Shown here: in pieces, positions 50,244-62,100 of the stretch
Numbering within the stretch: the first letter of the stretch is position 1
How the letters are laid out: each line of letters begins with the position of its first letter
Source: Dipteris shenzhenensis
Lineage: Eukaryota
Length of the DNA: 64,000 nucleotides
Strand: one strand, 5' to 3'
Assembly: GCA_047967505.1 (NCBI GenBank)
Contig: CM106538.1
Position numbers and translations under genes: made by a program
The notes under the pieces: generated by a model
The model's input: only the letters and a program-made list of their open reading frames with translations
Told to the model about the DNA's origin: nothing
Databases searched by the model: none

Positions 50244-52684
50244 AGTAGACATTTACAACACCCCTTTCCATAGTGAAGAGTAGACAAATTTGGAGAAGGA
50301 AAGAGAAATGTTTACTAGATAAACATTGCAATAAACATCCAAAAAAAAAAGGAGTAGCATCATTGAAGGATGAACAATTCTCTAAAAAAGGAAATGTGAG
50401 CAGTAGAGTTTTGATAAGTCATTGGCAGCATCACTTTTATTGAAGAGGGGAGTCTGCTTACCTACAACCATCCAACAAGAAAAATGGTGAGAACCAACTT
50501 TAACTTAAGTTGGAAAGATAGGTGTCATAAACACCCCTCCCTTGTTATCGGGGTCACAATAAATTTAACACTTAACTTTAGACAAATCAAGCTTAATGAG
50601 AACTTGCAAGTGTGAAGTTAAATTAAAGTAACCTTTTGGGAAAAGAAAGGGGAATAATAAATAAGGAGATTAATGTGAGCACAATAAGCACATAAATGTA
50701 TTTAAAAATTAAGAAGAGATTTATTTTGAACATGGAAAATTTTGAAGAAAGGAGGTGGATCAAAGAGGGAAGAATTTTTTGGGAAAATGGTCAGGGGAGA
50801 TTGTGAAAATAAGAAGAGAGAAAAAAAGGGGGGGAAAACCGATGAAGTTTAAAGATAAAGAGGGGAGGGTAAAAGGAGGTGGGGGGGGGCAATAAGTAAG
50901 AACTAATAAAAAGTTAAGAAATTAGAAAAATTGCTAATAACGAGGATTATAAATGTCAGGTTTAGGGAGGTAAAACCAAATTAAGAGGTTTATAAGGGAG
51001 ATTAAGAAGTTAAAAGTGAGGGGGGGGGGGGGGGTTTGTTTGAAAAAAGGGGAGAAGGGAAAGGATCGAGGGCCAAAGGCATTGCGGGACAGCCAGCCAA
51101 CAAAACCGCATAGTGAGGTTGCATTGGAATGCGCAGCGGGGGGCGAAAGAAGGCGTAGATGTCATAGAGGGTTTTGGATCCTTGGAGCAATGTTGTACTA
51201 TGTAGCACTGCGGTCTCCAATAGCAGTAAGGTTACTTACAACAACAAAGAAGGCAATGTCCGGGGAGTGTGGAAGATACAAGGAGGTAAATAGTTCGCAT
51301 GGGTGACTGAGCCAACGGGTTTTTAATTAGTGGGCATGAGACGCGAGGCTTGGAGGAATAACTCTGTAAGGGAGTAATAAAGAAGTATAAGGGAGTAAAC
51401 GTTAGAGAGTGGTGAAGATAGAGTCGAGCACCTGGGAATCCATGTCGAGCGGCGGGTCTTGGAGCAAAGTAAAAATGCAAACGGACTGTGACGGCATACG
51501 TGATTAAACCTCCAAACCTACGGCGTAATCAATGCAACTCACCTCCGAACCTACATCAAGGGGAAGGTCAGCGCATTCAGTGCAATTCTCCTCCATACCT
51601 ACAGCAAGGGGACGCGTAGGCTGAGGGCATGGTCGAGGAGGCGTAGCAAGCTTGGTCGAGGAAGCATAGTAGGAAGGTGAGTTGGTTGAGCCAAAGAGGA
51701 GGTTTAAGTAGTTTGTTTGGCCAGTAGTCGGTGTAGGGAGTAACACAGTCGGGGGATGTGGGTGGGGAGTCCCATGATAGTGCATGGAAAAAATGGAAAG
51801 AAGGAACAAAAGTGGGGGTGGGGAGAGGCGTTGTGCAGTTGAGGCTTAGCTAATGGTTAGGTAGGTCTAGCATAGGGGCTTTAGAGAGCCTTGGGAATAA
51901 TAGGGGAGAATTAGTTAAATAGAAAAATCAGGGGGAATTTTTGGTAAATAAGAAATAATAAGGGAAGATTTAGGAAAATACAGAAATAAGGGGAGAAATA
52001 GGGGACAATTAGGAAGGAAAGAAAAAAAGGGGGGGAAGGGGGGGGCGGGTGGGGCGGGGGGGGGTGTGCTAATAGGGAATAATAGGGGGGAGTAGGGTAA
52101 ATTAGTGAAAAATAGAGAAACATAGTAGAAAAAATAGTAAAAAATAAGAAGGAATATTTAGGGTATATAGGTTTTTTTGGGAAGGAATAAAAAATAGGGC
52201 CGTGGGGAGTTTACTTTACCCAATCGAGAATTTAGGAGTAAAATAAGTATAAAATAAGAAAAATCATACTTGAGTCTAGTAGGGAAATAGGATAACTTGA
52301 GTCTCATAGTAGGGAAAGAGAAGGGGGGTTGTTTTTGGGTTTTAAGGGCTTGAAAGAGATAAATTAAGGAAAAACTTTAGGAGTTTAATTCAACTTTAGA
52401 TTTAGATATTAGAATAGTAGAACTAATAGAAATAAAAGGGGGGAGTCGGGAGAGTAAGTGTAAATTAATAAAAAGGAAAATTAGGGAGAATGGATACAAC
52501 AAAATTAGGAAAAAAAGAGGAAATTTTTATTTAAGAATTTTTAAAAGGGGGATGAGGGGAGTAGAAAGGCAAAAAATTAAGGGAAATAAAGGATAGAGGT
52601 TAAGGGGAAAATGTTAAGGGGAACATTAAAAAAAGGGGGGGAAAGGGGGGAAAATAAAGTAAATGTAAAGGGAAAATGAATAGG

Positions 52685-52732
<48 letters not shown>
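50244..52732. repeat. ~2.5 kb direct repeat, copy A, bounded by (GT)n
   Basis: Colinear with 53326-55830 along its whole length, from agtagacat to aataggaag(tg)n. Confidence 0.95.
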
Positions 52733-52734
<2 letters not shown>

Positions 52735-53325
52735 CCACCTTTGTCCCAGTAGGATACACCACACTAGTTGAGACAGTAGGTCATCACCTAGTGTGATGAC
52801 CTACTGTCTACCCGAAGAGGTTAAGAAGTATTGAGAAGTGCAAAATTTAAGGGATGGAGAATATGTGCTTGAGTAAGGTAGGTTAGAACTTAGTAGTGTG
52901 GAAGCAAATAGAATATGTTGAGGTCTTAGCAGTAGCAAGATTAAGCAAGGAGAGGAAGGTGGCCAATTCTATCAATTGTTTGGGTTTGAAGAGTCCTTTA
53001 AAAAGTGAAATTTTAGAAGGTAAGTGGAATAAAAATAATATTGCTCATAAGAGCAATGAAAGGAGTCAAAAAGGCTAAGGCCATGATGACTTAAATGTAT
53101 TGTTTGGGAGGTGAGAGTGAGAGTCGGAGTGGGTTGTTGAGAGATATGGATTGGATTATGACGTCCTGTGAATATTTCTGCAAGGCCAAGAAAAGGATTA
53201 GTAGAACGTTTTGAAAAAGGAAAAACCAAGTTAGATCAGGGAGTCAAAAAGCCAAAAAACGGCCTTGATGACTTAAAGGTCCTATGTGCAACGGACTAAA
53301 GTTGCAGGGGAAAGCGTGTGTGTGT

Positions 53326-54090
53326 AGTAGACATGTCAACACCCCTTTCCATGGTGAAGAGTAGACAAATTTGGAGAAGGAAAGAGAAATGTTTACTAGA
53401 TAAACATTGCAATAACCATCCCAAAAAAAAAAGGAGTAGCATCATTAAAGGATGAACAATTTCCTAAAAAAGAAAATGTGAGCAGTAGAGTTTTGATAAG
53501 TCGTTGGCAGCATCACTTTTATTGAAGAGGGGAGTCTGCCTACCTGCCACCATCCAACAAGAAAAACGGTCAGAACCAACTTTAACTTAAGTTGGGAAGA
53601 TAGGTGTCATAAACACCCCTCCCTTGTTATCGGGGTCACAATAAATTTAACACGTAGCTTTAGACAAATCAAGCTTAATGAGAACTTGCAAGTGTGAAGT
53701 TAAATTAAAGTAACCTTTTAGGAAAAGAAAGGGGAATAATAAATAAGGAGATTAATGTGAGCACAATAAGCACATAAATGGATTTAAAAATTAAGAAGAG
53801 ATTTATTTTGAACATGGAAAAATTTGAAGGAAGGAGGTGGATCAGAGAGGGAAGAATTTTTTGGGAAAATGGTAAGGGGAGATTGTGAAAATAAGAAGAG
53901 AGAAAAAAAGGGGGGGAAAACCGATGAAGTTTAAAGATAAAGACAGGAGGGTAAAAGGAGGTGGGGAGGAAAAATAAGTAAGAACTAATAAAAAGTTAAG
54001 AAATTAGAAAAATTGCTAATAACGAGGATTATAAATGCAAGGTTTAGGGAGGTAAAACCAAATTAAGAAGTTTATAAGGGAGATTAAGAA

Positions 54091-54121
<31 letters not shown>

Positions 54122-55785
54122 TGTTTGAAAAAAGGGGAGAAGGGGAAGGATCGAGGGCCAAAGGCATCGCGGGACAGACTGCCAGTAGAGCCGCATAGGT
54201 AGGTTGCATTGGAATGCGCGACAGGGGGCAGAAGAAGGCATAGATGCCGTAGAGGGTTTTGGATCCTTGGAGCAATTTTGTACTATGTAGCACTGTGGTC
54301 TGCAGCAGCAGTAAGGTTACTTACAGCAACAAAGAAGGTAGTGGGGACTCCGGGGAGTGTGGAAGATACAGGGAGGTAAATAGTTAGCATGGGTGACTGA
54401 GCCAACGGGTTTTTAATGAGTGGGCATGAGATGCAAGGCTTGGAGGAATAACTCTGTAAGGGAGTAATAAAGAAGCACACGGGAGTAAACGTTAGAGAGT
54501 GGTGAAGATAGAGTCAAGCACATGGGAATCCATGTCGTGCGGCGGGTCTTGGAGCAAAGTAAAAATGCGAACGGACTATGACGGCATACATGATTAAACC
54601 TCCAAATGTACGACGCAATCAGTGCAACTCACCTCCGAGCCTATAGCAAGGGGAAGGTCAACGCATTCAGTGCAATTCTCCTCCAGACCTACAGCAAGGG
54701 GACGCGCAGGCTAAGGGCATGGTCGAGGAGGCGTAGCAAGCTTGGTCGAGGAAGCATAGTAGGAAGGTGAGTTGGTTGAGCTGAAGAGGAGGTTTAAGTA
54801 GTTAGCTTGGCTTGTAGTCGGTGTAGGGAGTAACACAGTCGGGGGACGTGGGTGGGGAGTCCCATGATAGTGCATGGAAAAAATGGAATGAAGGAACAAA
54901 AGCGAGGGCGAGGAGAGGCGTTGTGCAGTTAAGGCTTAGCTAATGGTTAGGTAGGTCTAGCATAGGGGCTTTAGAGAGCCTTGGGAATAATAGAGGAGAA
55001 TTAGTTAAATAGAAAAATTAGAGGGAATTTTTGGTAAATAAGAAATAATAAGGGAAGATTTAGGAAAATAGAGAAATAAGGGGAGAAATAAGGGACAATT
55101 AGGAATGAAAGGAAAAAAAGGGGGGATGGGGGGGGGGGGGGGGCGAGGGGGGGGGCAAGGGGGGGGGTGCTAATAGGGAATAATAGGGGGGAGTACGGTA
55201 AATTAGTGAAAAATAGAGAAACATAGTAGAAAAATTAGTAAAAAATAAGAAGGAATATTTAGGGTATATAGGTTTTTTTGGGAAGGAATAAAAAATAGGG
55301 CCGTGGGGAGTTTACTTTACCCAATCGAGAATTTAGGAGTAAAATAAGTATAAAAAATCATACTTGAGTCTAGTAGGGAAATAGGATAACTTGAGTCTAG
55401 TAGTAGGGAAAGAGAAGGGGGGTTGTTTTTGGGTTTTAAGGGCTTGAAAGAGATAAATTAAGGGAAAACTTTAGGGGTTTAATTTAACTTTAGATTTAGA
55501 GATTAGAATAGTAGAACTAATAGAAAAAAAAGGGAGGAATTGGGAGAGTAAGTGTAAATTAATGAAAAGGGAAATTAGGGAGAAGGGATACAAGAAAATT
55601 AGGAAAAAAATAAGAAATTTTTAATTAATAAATTTTAAAAGAGGGATGAGGGGAGTAGAAAGGCAAAAAATCAAGGAAAATAAAGGATAGAAGTTAAGGG
55701 AAAAATGTTAAGGGGAACATTAAAAAAGGGGGGGAAAGGGGGGGGAGGAGGAAAGTAAAGTAAATGTAAAGGAAAAATGAATAGG

Positions 55786-55830
<45 letters not shown>
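53326..55830. repeat. ~2.5 kb direct repeat, copy B, bounded by (GT)n
   Basis: Colinear with 50244-52732, separated from it by a ~580 bp unique spacer. Confidence 0.95.
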
Positions 55831-55831
<1 letters not shown>

Positions 55832-55906
55832 ATGTTTTTCCACCCCTAATCCATCCATCACAAACTCAATATCCCTAACATTACATAATCTCCCTAAGCT
55901 CTAATG

Positions 55907-56352
55907 TCTTTATGTCTAGCATCTATGAATATGCTCACATGCAGAAGGCCGAGGAAACAGCTTAGGAAAGTGAAAGAGCAAGCATGGACAAAGTGAAGAA
56001 GTTGATGGAATTGTGCACACATTTGCAGTGGACTAGACAATATATATGCAAAGCTAGAGGTTATTTCCCTTAAAATTCAAGAGGAAGGGAATGTTCTAGA
56101 TTTGCATTGTGCATTGCAGTACATATCCGATGCTGGAAAGAAAGATGGGCTATGTTGACATAGCGAGAAGCTGGCTATCGTGTGTTCCCTGCCCAATACA
56201 CCCAACGGGACACCCATACGTGTTGTTAAAAATTTTTGGGTGTTGCCATTACACATATATCCAAGATAGAGCAAAGAACCATTGTTGTCAAAAATGGAGA
56301 TCATGTTCATGTCTTCAAGGAAGGAAAGTGCATTTGAGGAGACTATTGTGGA
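55907..56352 (+). pseudogene. PPR E/E+/DYW-domain pseudogene fragment
   Basis: FMSSIY; EVDGIVHTFAV; IYAKLEVISLKIQEEG; LC*HSEKLAIVCSLPNTPNGTPIRVVKN; ISKIEQRTIVVKNGDHVHVFKEGKCI*GDYC. The CxxC segment is missing and no PPR array lies upstream. Confidence 0.9.
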
Positions 56353-57936
56353 GAAGAGTGCATTATCATCAGCTAGTATCCCTTTGACTTGAAAATGTTC
56401 TCCTAGAATGAAAGGTGTTATTAGAGGAGGAAAATAAGTCAAGTCGCAATTTGTGTAAAGTGAGTTCCCTTGAATCTCTTGCTAAAAAGAAGCTATTGTA
56501 GAAAGCAAGCCTACAATTTTCATAAATTAATAAATCTCAAATGCTTTGATTTCTGAAACTCGTTGTTTGAGATCTTTTCGTGATTTTGGGATGTGGTTCT
56601 TTTTGCTATTTGCATGCATGCACGTGTTTTCTACCTAGATCTAATTATTTGCTCGATATCCACACAAAGGTCAAGAAATGCAATCGAAGGGAGAAGCTGT
56701 AAAGTTAGCTACCCTCACTAGAGCCAACTTCCCTACATCGCAACTCACAGTACGCCTCTACCTCATGGAGAAGGGGCTTTGGCCTATTGTCTCTGGAGCG
56801 AAAAAGAAAATGATGACAACAGCAGCTCATTACTGTGTGAGTTAGAACTTGCGTGCCATTGGAATCATAGGAAGGGCCCTCGGTGCTCTGATATCATCAC
56901 CATCTTGATCTGGCAACTAGAGCAGCTGAGAATTGGATCGCTATCAAAAGCACATTGATGTGAAATTTTTACATTGTAAAAAAAATTCAAGTGCACACTG
57001 ATCATACAATATTTGATGAAGGCTGGTTCAAATTCATCTAAACATTTCAAAACTCTTCAAGCATAAGCCTTGTTTAATGTCTTCATTACTATGGAAACAA
57101 TTAGAAATTTCGTTGCATATATTGTAATTGGCTTCGGTAACTATAATTATGCTTGCGGCTTTGCTCGCTTGTCCAACCAAAAACCATGCTTGTGCTGCTC
57201 CATTGTGCTCACTCTATGAAGAGCTATCAAATAGATGATCGAGAGGACTCTTTAAAAACAGTTAACGAATAGATTATAATCAATTCCAAAATCTGAAATC
57301 CTAATCACCAAAAGATGGTTCATTTAATAATAGACATCCATGCCTATAAAACCTCCAAAGGTAAGCTGACCTACAAGAGCATGACTAGGCCTTTAAATGT
57401 ATCTCTACTGTATCAATGTCGCAGAGAATTCTTTTGACAGTTTGAGAGTGAGTGGAAGTTACAAAGCACAAGGAAGTTCTCTAAAACAATTTGTTTCTTT
57501 ATTGAACAAAAACAGAGTAACAGCCTCACAAGTGGGAGGAAGAATGAGGAGAGGTCTAAGCCTTGCAAAGCCGTGAGAACTATGTCACACCACCTCAATA
57601 CTGCATGTGGTGCATACAAGCATAAACATAACAACAGAGTTTTCTGTTTGTGTATTTTGAGCTGATACTCAACCAATTTAACCTTTCAAAGATGTATCCA
57701 TCTTTGAAAACAGAGTGATTGTAAACTTGATCTGAAGATCGCCTTTGGAAACGTTACTTGGTGTACAAATGAAATATTTAGTATAGGTTGCACGTGGGTG
57801 TAGGCAACTTTAGCGCAACCTTAGGCCCACATACAATATGATACAAGAGTATGAAATTCTGACCAATTTTCCTGAAGATTTTAGGAAAGGGGCAAATTCC
57901 ATACAAATGAAGAAAAGAAACCAGCTGACAAGCAGC

Positions 57937-59021
57937 TTAGGCTGTACTTGGAGGAGTTTGGGGATGTGACCTCTCATTGTCAATACCGAATTCATCCACA
58001 TTAAGCTTCACAACGTCATCCCACATGGAATTAGAAGCTTTATCATGTTAAGGACTTCAAATTCATTAATCTATCAATGCAAACCTTCAGGGTGGAAAAT
58101 GCGATACACAATTAAGGTAACTGCCAATACTAAATCTAATAAATTATCCAAATATTAAGGATACAGTCACTTCTCCACATATCTGTTATTCCAACACCCG
58201 CATCAGAGAGAAGCCAGTAATCAGCATCAGCCTGCAACAGAAGGACACTATCAGATTCATTTAAGGAATAATGAGACAGATTTTTTGATTAGCATATGAG
58301 GGAGTTAAACAGCTGCCCAACATGCTTACGTTTACATCTGCTGGCACAATTTTCATTATGCCACCAATGTCATGAGGACTCGTCAGTTCTGGGCGCAATG
58401 GCTGCCCCTCAAGGGCCTCTGCTTCCATTTCTATGGTGTGGCCCATCTCTGGAAGACTTGAAACTGCAGTAGTACATGTCCCAACAGCTGGATTGACCAT
58501 CTCTACAGGCACTTCTGCCGTATGCATCTCCTCAAATCTCTCTTCAAATCGGCTGTAGTATAATTCATGGTGTAAAACTACAATTAACCTTTAGCTAGTA
58601 GTATCTGGAAAAGAATATGAAGGTTTACAGATTTCTGACAAGCCGACTTGAACATGCATGCTAATTGATAGGCCTAATCTAAGGAGCACCTGACAAGATA
58701 AACATCTATTGGCCCCCCAGCACTCTGCAAAAGTATTTGATAGCGCCTCCGAGGATACTCTACAGCCTGTGACGGTTGAAATTTTATTCAGAAACAATTC
58801 AGTTATTGGTTATCGAAATCATACTGTTTCATCATAGCCCACAAAGTCAGTGCAGACCTCAGGTTTAATGAACATTTTTTAATCAAACACTTTTCAAGGG
58901 ATTTCTAATTGCAGTCAAAAGTAAGAGCATCACTGAATCGAGCTGCAACAATTACCTCATCTGGATTAGGCACTTCCAATGTAGTGCCGTGAGGTGCCTT
59001 AATCGCTATCAAAGTTTCATT
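57937..59021 (-). CDS. E2F: E2F transcription factor (E2Fa/b-like), 3' five coding exons: 59021-58956, 58766-58690, 58552-58330, 58231-58165, 58037-57937
   Basis: The spliced frame gives NETLIAIKAPHGTTLEVPNPDE / AVEYPRRRYQILLQSAGGPIDVYLVS (marked box), GGIMKIVP and DYWLLSDAGVGITDMW (RBR-binding motif), ending at TAA 57939-57937. All introns are GT-AG with consistent phases. The 5' exons are beyond the window. Confidence 0.95.
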
Positions 59022-59040
59022 CTGATTCATCAAAGCAAGG

Positions 59041-59154
59041 GGCATGTTTTTTAGTAACATTGTACACAACATTTTACATTTTTAAAGAATACATGCATGT
59101 TTTTTAGTAACATTGTATACAACATTTTACATTTTTAAAGGATACAGGCATGTT
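59041..59154. repeat. ~53 bp tandem duplication at the LINE 3' junction
   Basis: gcatgttttttagtaacattgta-acaacattttacatttttaaag occurs twice, and a third unit is cut after gcatgtt. Confidence 0.85.
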
Positions 59155-62100
59155 CCCCCCCCCCCCCAAAGAAAGGAACCTTCTATTAATGCTTGAAAGA
59201 TTTCATACAAGACAACAGCCCCAAAGGTGCTGAGTAAGAAAAAACCGGAAAAGGCTGAAAGAAAAACCGGCCTGTTCCAGAGAAGCCCAGCTCACTGCCT
59301 AGGGGATCTCTGGAACTGGGGCTAACAGCCAAGTGGGGGGACTATACAGCCAGCGAATCCCTCGCGGAGTGAAGATGTAAGAAAAACCTGCAGGCCAAGC
59401 CTTGCAAAAACGAGCACGCCTCTCAATAGTCGCCTTGGAGCCTGGACTCCCGCGCTCCCAGGTGGGACCGTAGAGTGTAAATGATATCCTGCCAGATGGC
59501 AACCAAGGTAGCCGAGGGTGGAACCGAGTGCTCTCCCATCACAAGACTGCACCGAGCCATCCAAATGTTCCAAGCCGTGATGCTGGCTACAACCTCCCAA
59601 ACACTGTCCTCCCTAAGAGGAGGAGCTAGGGTGTCAGGGGGGGCTGCCTCGTGGAGTGCAATCCTCTGAATGCTCTGACCCTGTATCGGGTAGGCTGGGG
59701 AGATCTCATCAATCTGAAACGCGTGTCCTCCCTCTGTCAACCAAGCCACCATCCCCCAGGTGTAATCTCTGTGTATACTCTACATGCGTGTCATGATCCT
59801 GAGGGCTCTCATCCAGATCCTTGCTGCGCTACGGCAGCTCCATAGGCAGTGCAGGATAGTCTCCAGGACACCATCTGAGCAGTAGTGGCTCCTCCACTCG
59901 CATATGCTCCAACCACGGAGCCAATGGGCAAGCCTCCGTGGGCTGCTAGCCAAAAGAAGTATGAAATCTTCCTCAACCGCAAACTCGTCCACAAACGCGT
60001 ACAAAACCTGGAGCGAACATCTGGGGGCACTTTCTAGGTCACCCAATGTCTTTCCCTCGAGGGAGTCCACCTCAACGAGTCCATCTGAAGTCTCCTGCCA
60101 ATCCGTGTGGTGTTCTCAGCTAGGCCGCCCCTGGAGGACCAGAACTACTCCCTCAGGTCCCACTGGATCTCCCTTAGGGGTCTACCCTCCCATAGCCAGA
60201 GGCGCCATCGAGAGACGTCCTACTCTGAGATCGAGACATCCTACTCTGAGATACTGGAATCAATGTGCCACTCCTTTCCCAAACGTCCTACCACTCTGAT
60301 CACTTGCCAGTGTATCCCATTAAGACTCCCATCCATCTCAAGGTCACTCCCAGTGAGGGGCTGAAGCAGGCCTCCGCGTCCTACACGGAAGAAGCCAAGG
60401 TGCATGCTACCGCGTTGCATCAAAATCCTCAAGGGAACACCAGTACGGGAAAATTGTCCCAACCATCTGCTGTCTCTCCAAATCTGAAGTCCTTCCCACC
60501 AAGACTCAGGAATGCTAAGTCGATCTCGCCCACATCCGCTGCCCTGCCCCTCTCAGATGCGCTAGGACGTCAAGCCTCGCCTCTGCGTCCATAGGTAGCC
60601 TGCTCCAACGACCAAAAGACCCTGTTGGACCATTGTCCCACTGTGCCCAACTAATGTGAGTCCGCTGCCCAAGCATATGTCCCTCCTGATCTCTGACCTC
60701 TAGGTGCCACATAAGGGGCTGGTGCTCAAACTCCTCTCTGCATCTAGACGGAGCACGGATGAGCATTGAGGCCCCCTGCTAGTCTCTGCCAAACCCTGTG
60801 GAGGCTTCTCATCAGGGGGGAGCCCTTCCCCATAAGGGGGGCCTCTGAGAAGATCCATCTAAGGATGCCACTGTCCCCCAATGCGTGGGGTGTTCCTCAA
60901 AAGCCCTCTCTGTAAGAGGAGCTTCCAAGGCTTGACACCTGGGGTGACGCCACGAACCATCAACTTGCCCAGAAGGACCCTGCTCTGCATCTTCGGATCA
61001 ATGATACCCAAGCCTCCCAATGCCTGCGGCATGATCACCATCTGCCAAGCTACTCTGGCCCTAGTGTTCCTCGTGCCGTCTGAACCTACCTAGAGGAAGT
61101 TCTGTACCAACTGTCGGAGCTGCCCAATGCATCCTCTCTAAAAGCACCAACAAGAGGCAATATACCAGGCAGTGGCAAGGACCTAGTTTACCACTAAGGC
61201 GTGGCTTGCGAGGGAGAGTTTGGTCGAGCTCCAATAGAGAAGCTTGTGCCGTACACTCTCAAGGACCGGAGCAATCTGCTGCTCTACTATGATGTCAATA
61301 CCCACCTAGCAACCGAGGTATCTCGCTGTTTGGCCCCGCGGTATCCATCTAAAACAAAAGTCACTCCCCCACACATGGATCTCATGTGTCTCTTCAAAGC
61401 CCATGAAGAATCTTATGGATTTCGTCCAGTTGATCCTTGCCCCCGAGGCCTCACAATAGATAGCCAAGGCGCCTCTGATTCTCTCTAGACTCGCTGTGGT
61501 ACCCTCAACTACAAGGCCGTGTCATCTGCAAACTCCGAGTCAAGGAGCTCCTCCTATCTGATTGGGAGCCTCAACCTTGTGAGACCCGCCACCTATGATC
61601 TCAAGTAGTAGCCCAGAGCCTCCGCTACAAACAAGAAGAGGAAGGGAGCTAGTAGGCAGCCCTGGCGGATCGAGCGAGAGAGAGGAAAGGCCTCGCCTGT
61701 GTGTCCTCCAATAACTAGAGCTCCCTGCGTATGACGCTGGAACTCCTCTGACCCATCGGTCTGAGAAACCCAATCTCCTCATAGTGCCCTCGAGAAAAGA
61801 CCACTCCACCCTGTCGTAGGCCTTCTCGAAGTCCAAGAGAAGAATGGCCAGTGGCTGTGACTCCTCCTTGGACCAATCCACTGCCTCCCAAAACGTGAAG
61901 ATGTTGTCCAAGATGCTGCGCTCCTGGACAAACCCAGTCTGTGTGTCATAGATGATGTCGGTAAGATGAGGCCGTAACCGCAAACTCAAGACCTTGGCGA
62001 GGATCTTGTATGCAAAATCAAGCAAAGTGATCGGCCTCCACTGTCGGATATCTGATCTATCTCCCTCTTTCGGGATCAAACACATCCACTCCCAGCGCAA

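Noticed and set aside
52771-52830. Hammerhead ribozyme (tgatga...cgaa) suggesting a Penelope-like element
   Set aside because: The core lacks CUGANGA/GAAA with proper stems. It is only a simple hairpin.
50244-55830. LARD/TRIM-type LTR pair
   Set aside because: There is no terminal CA, PBS, PPT or TSD at the repeat boundaries.
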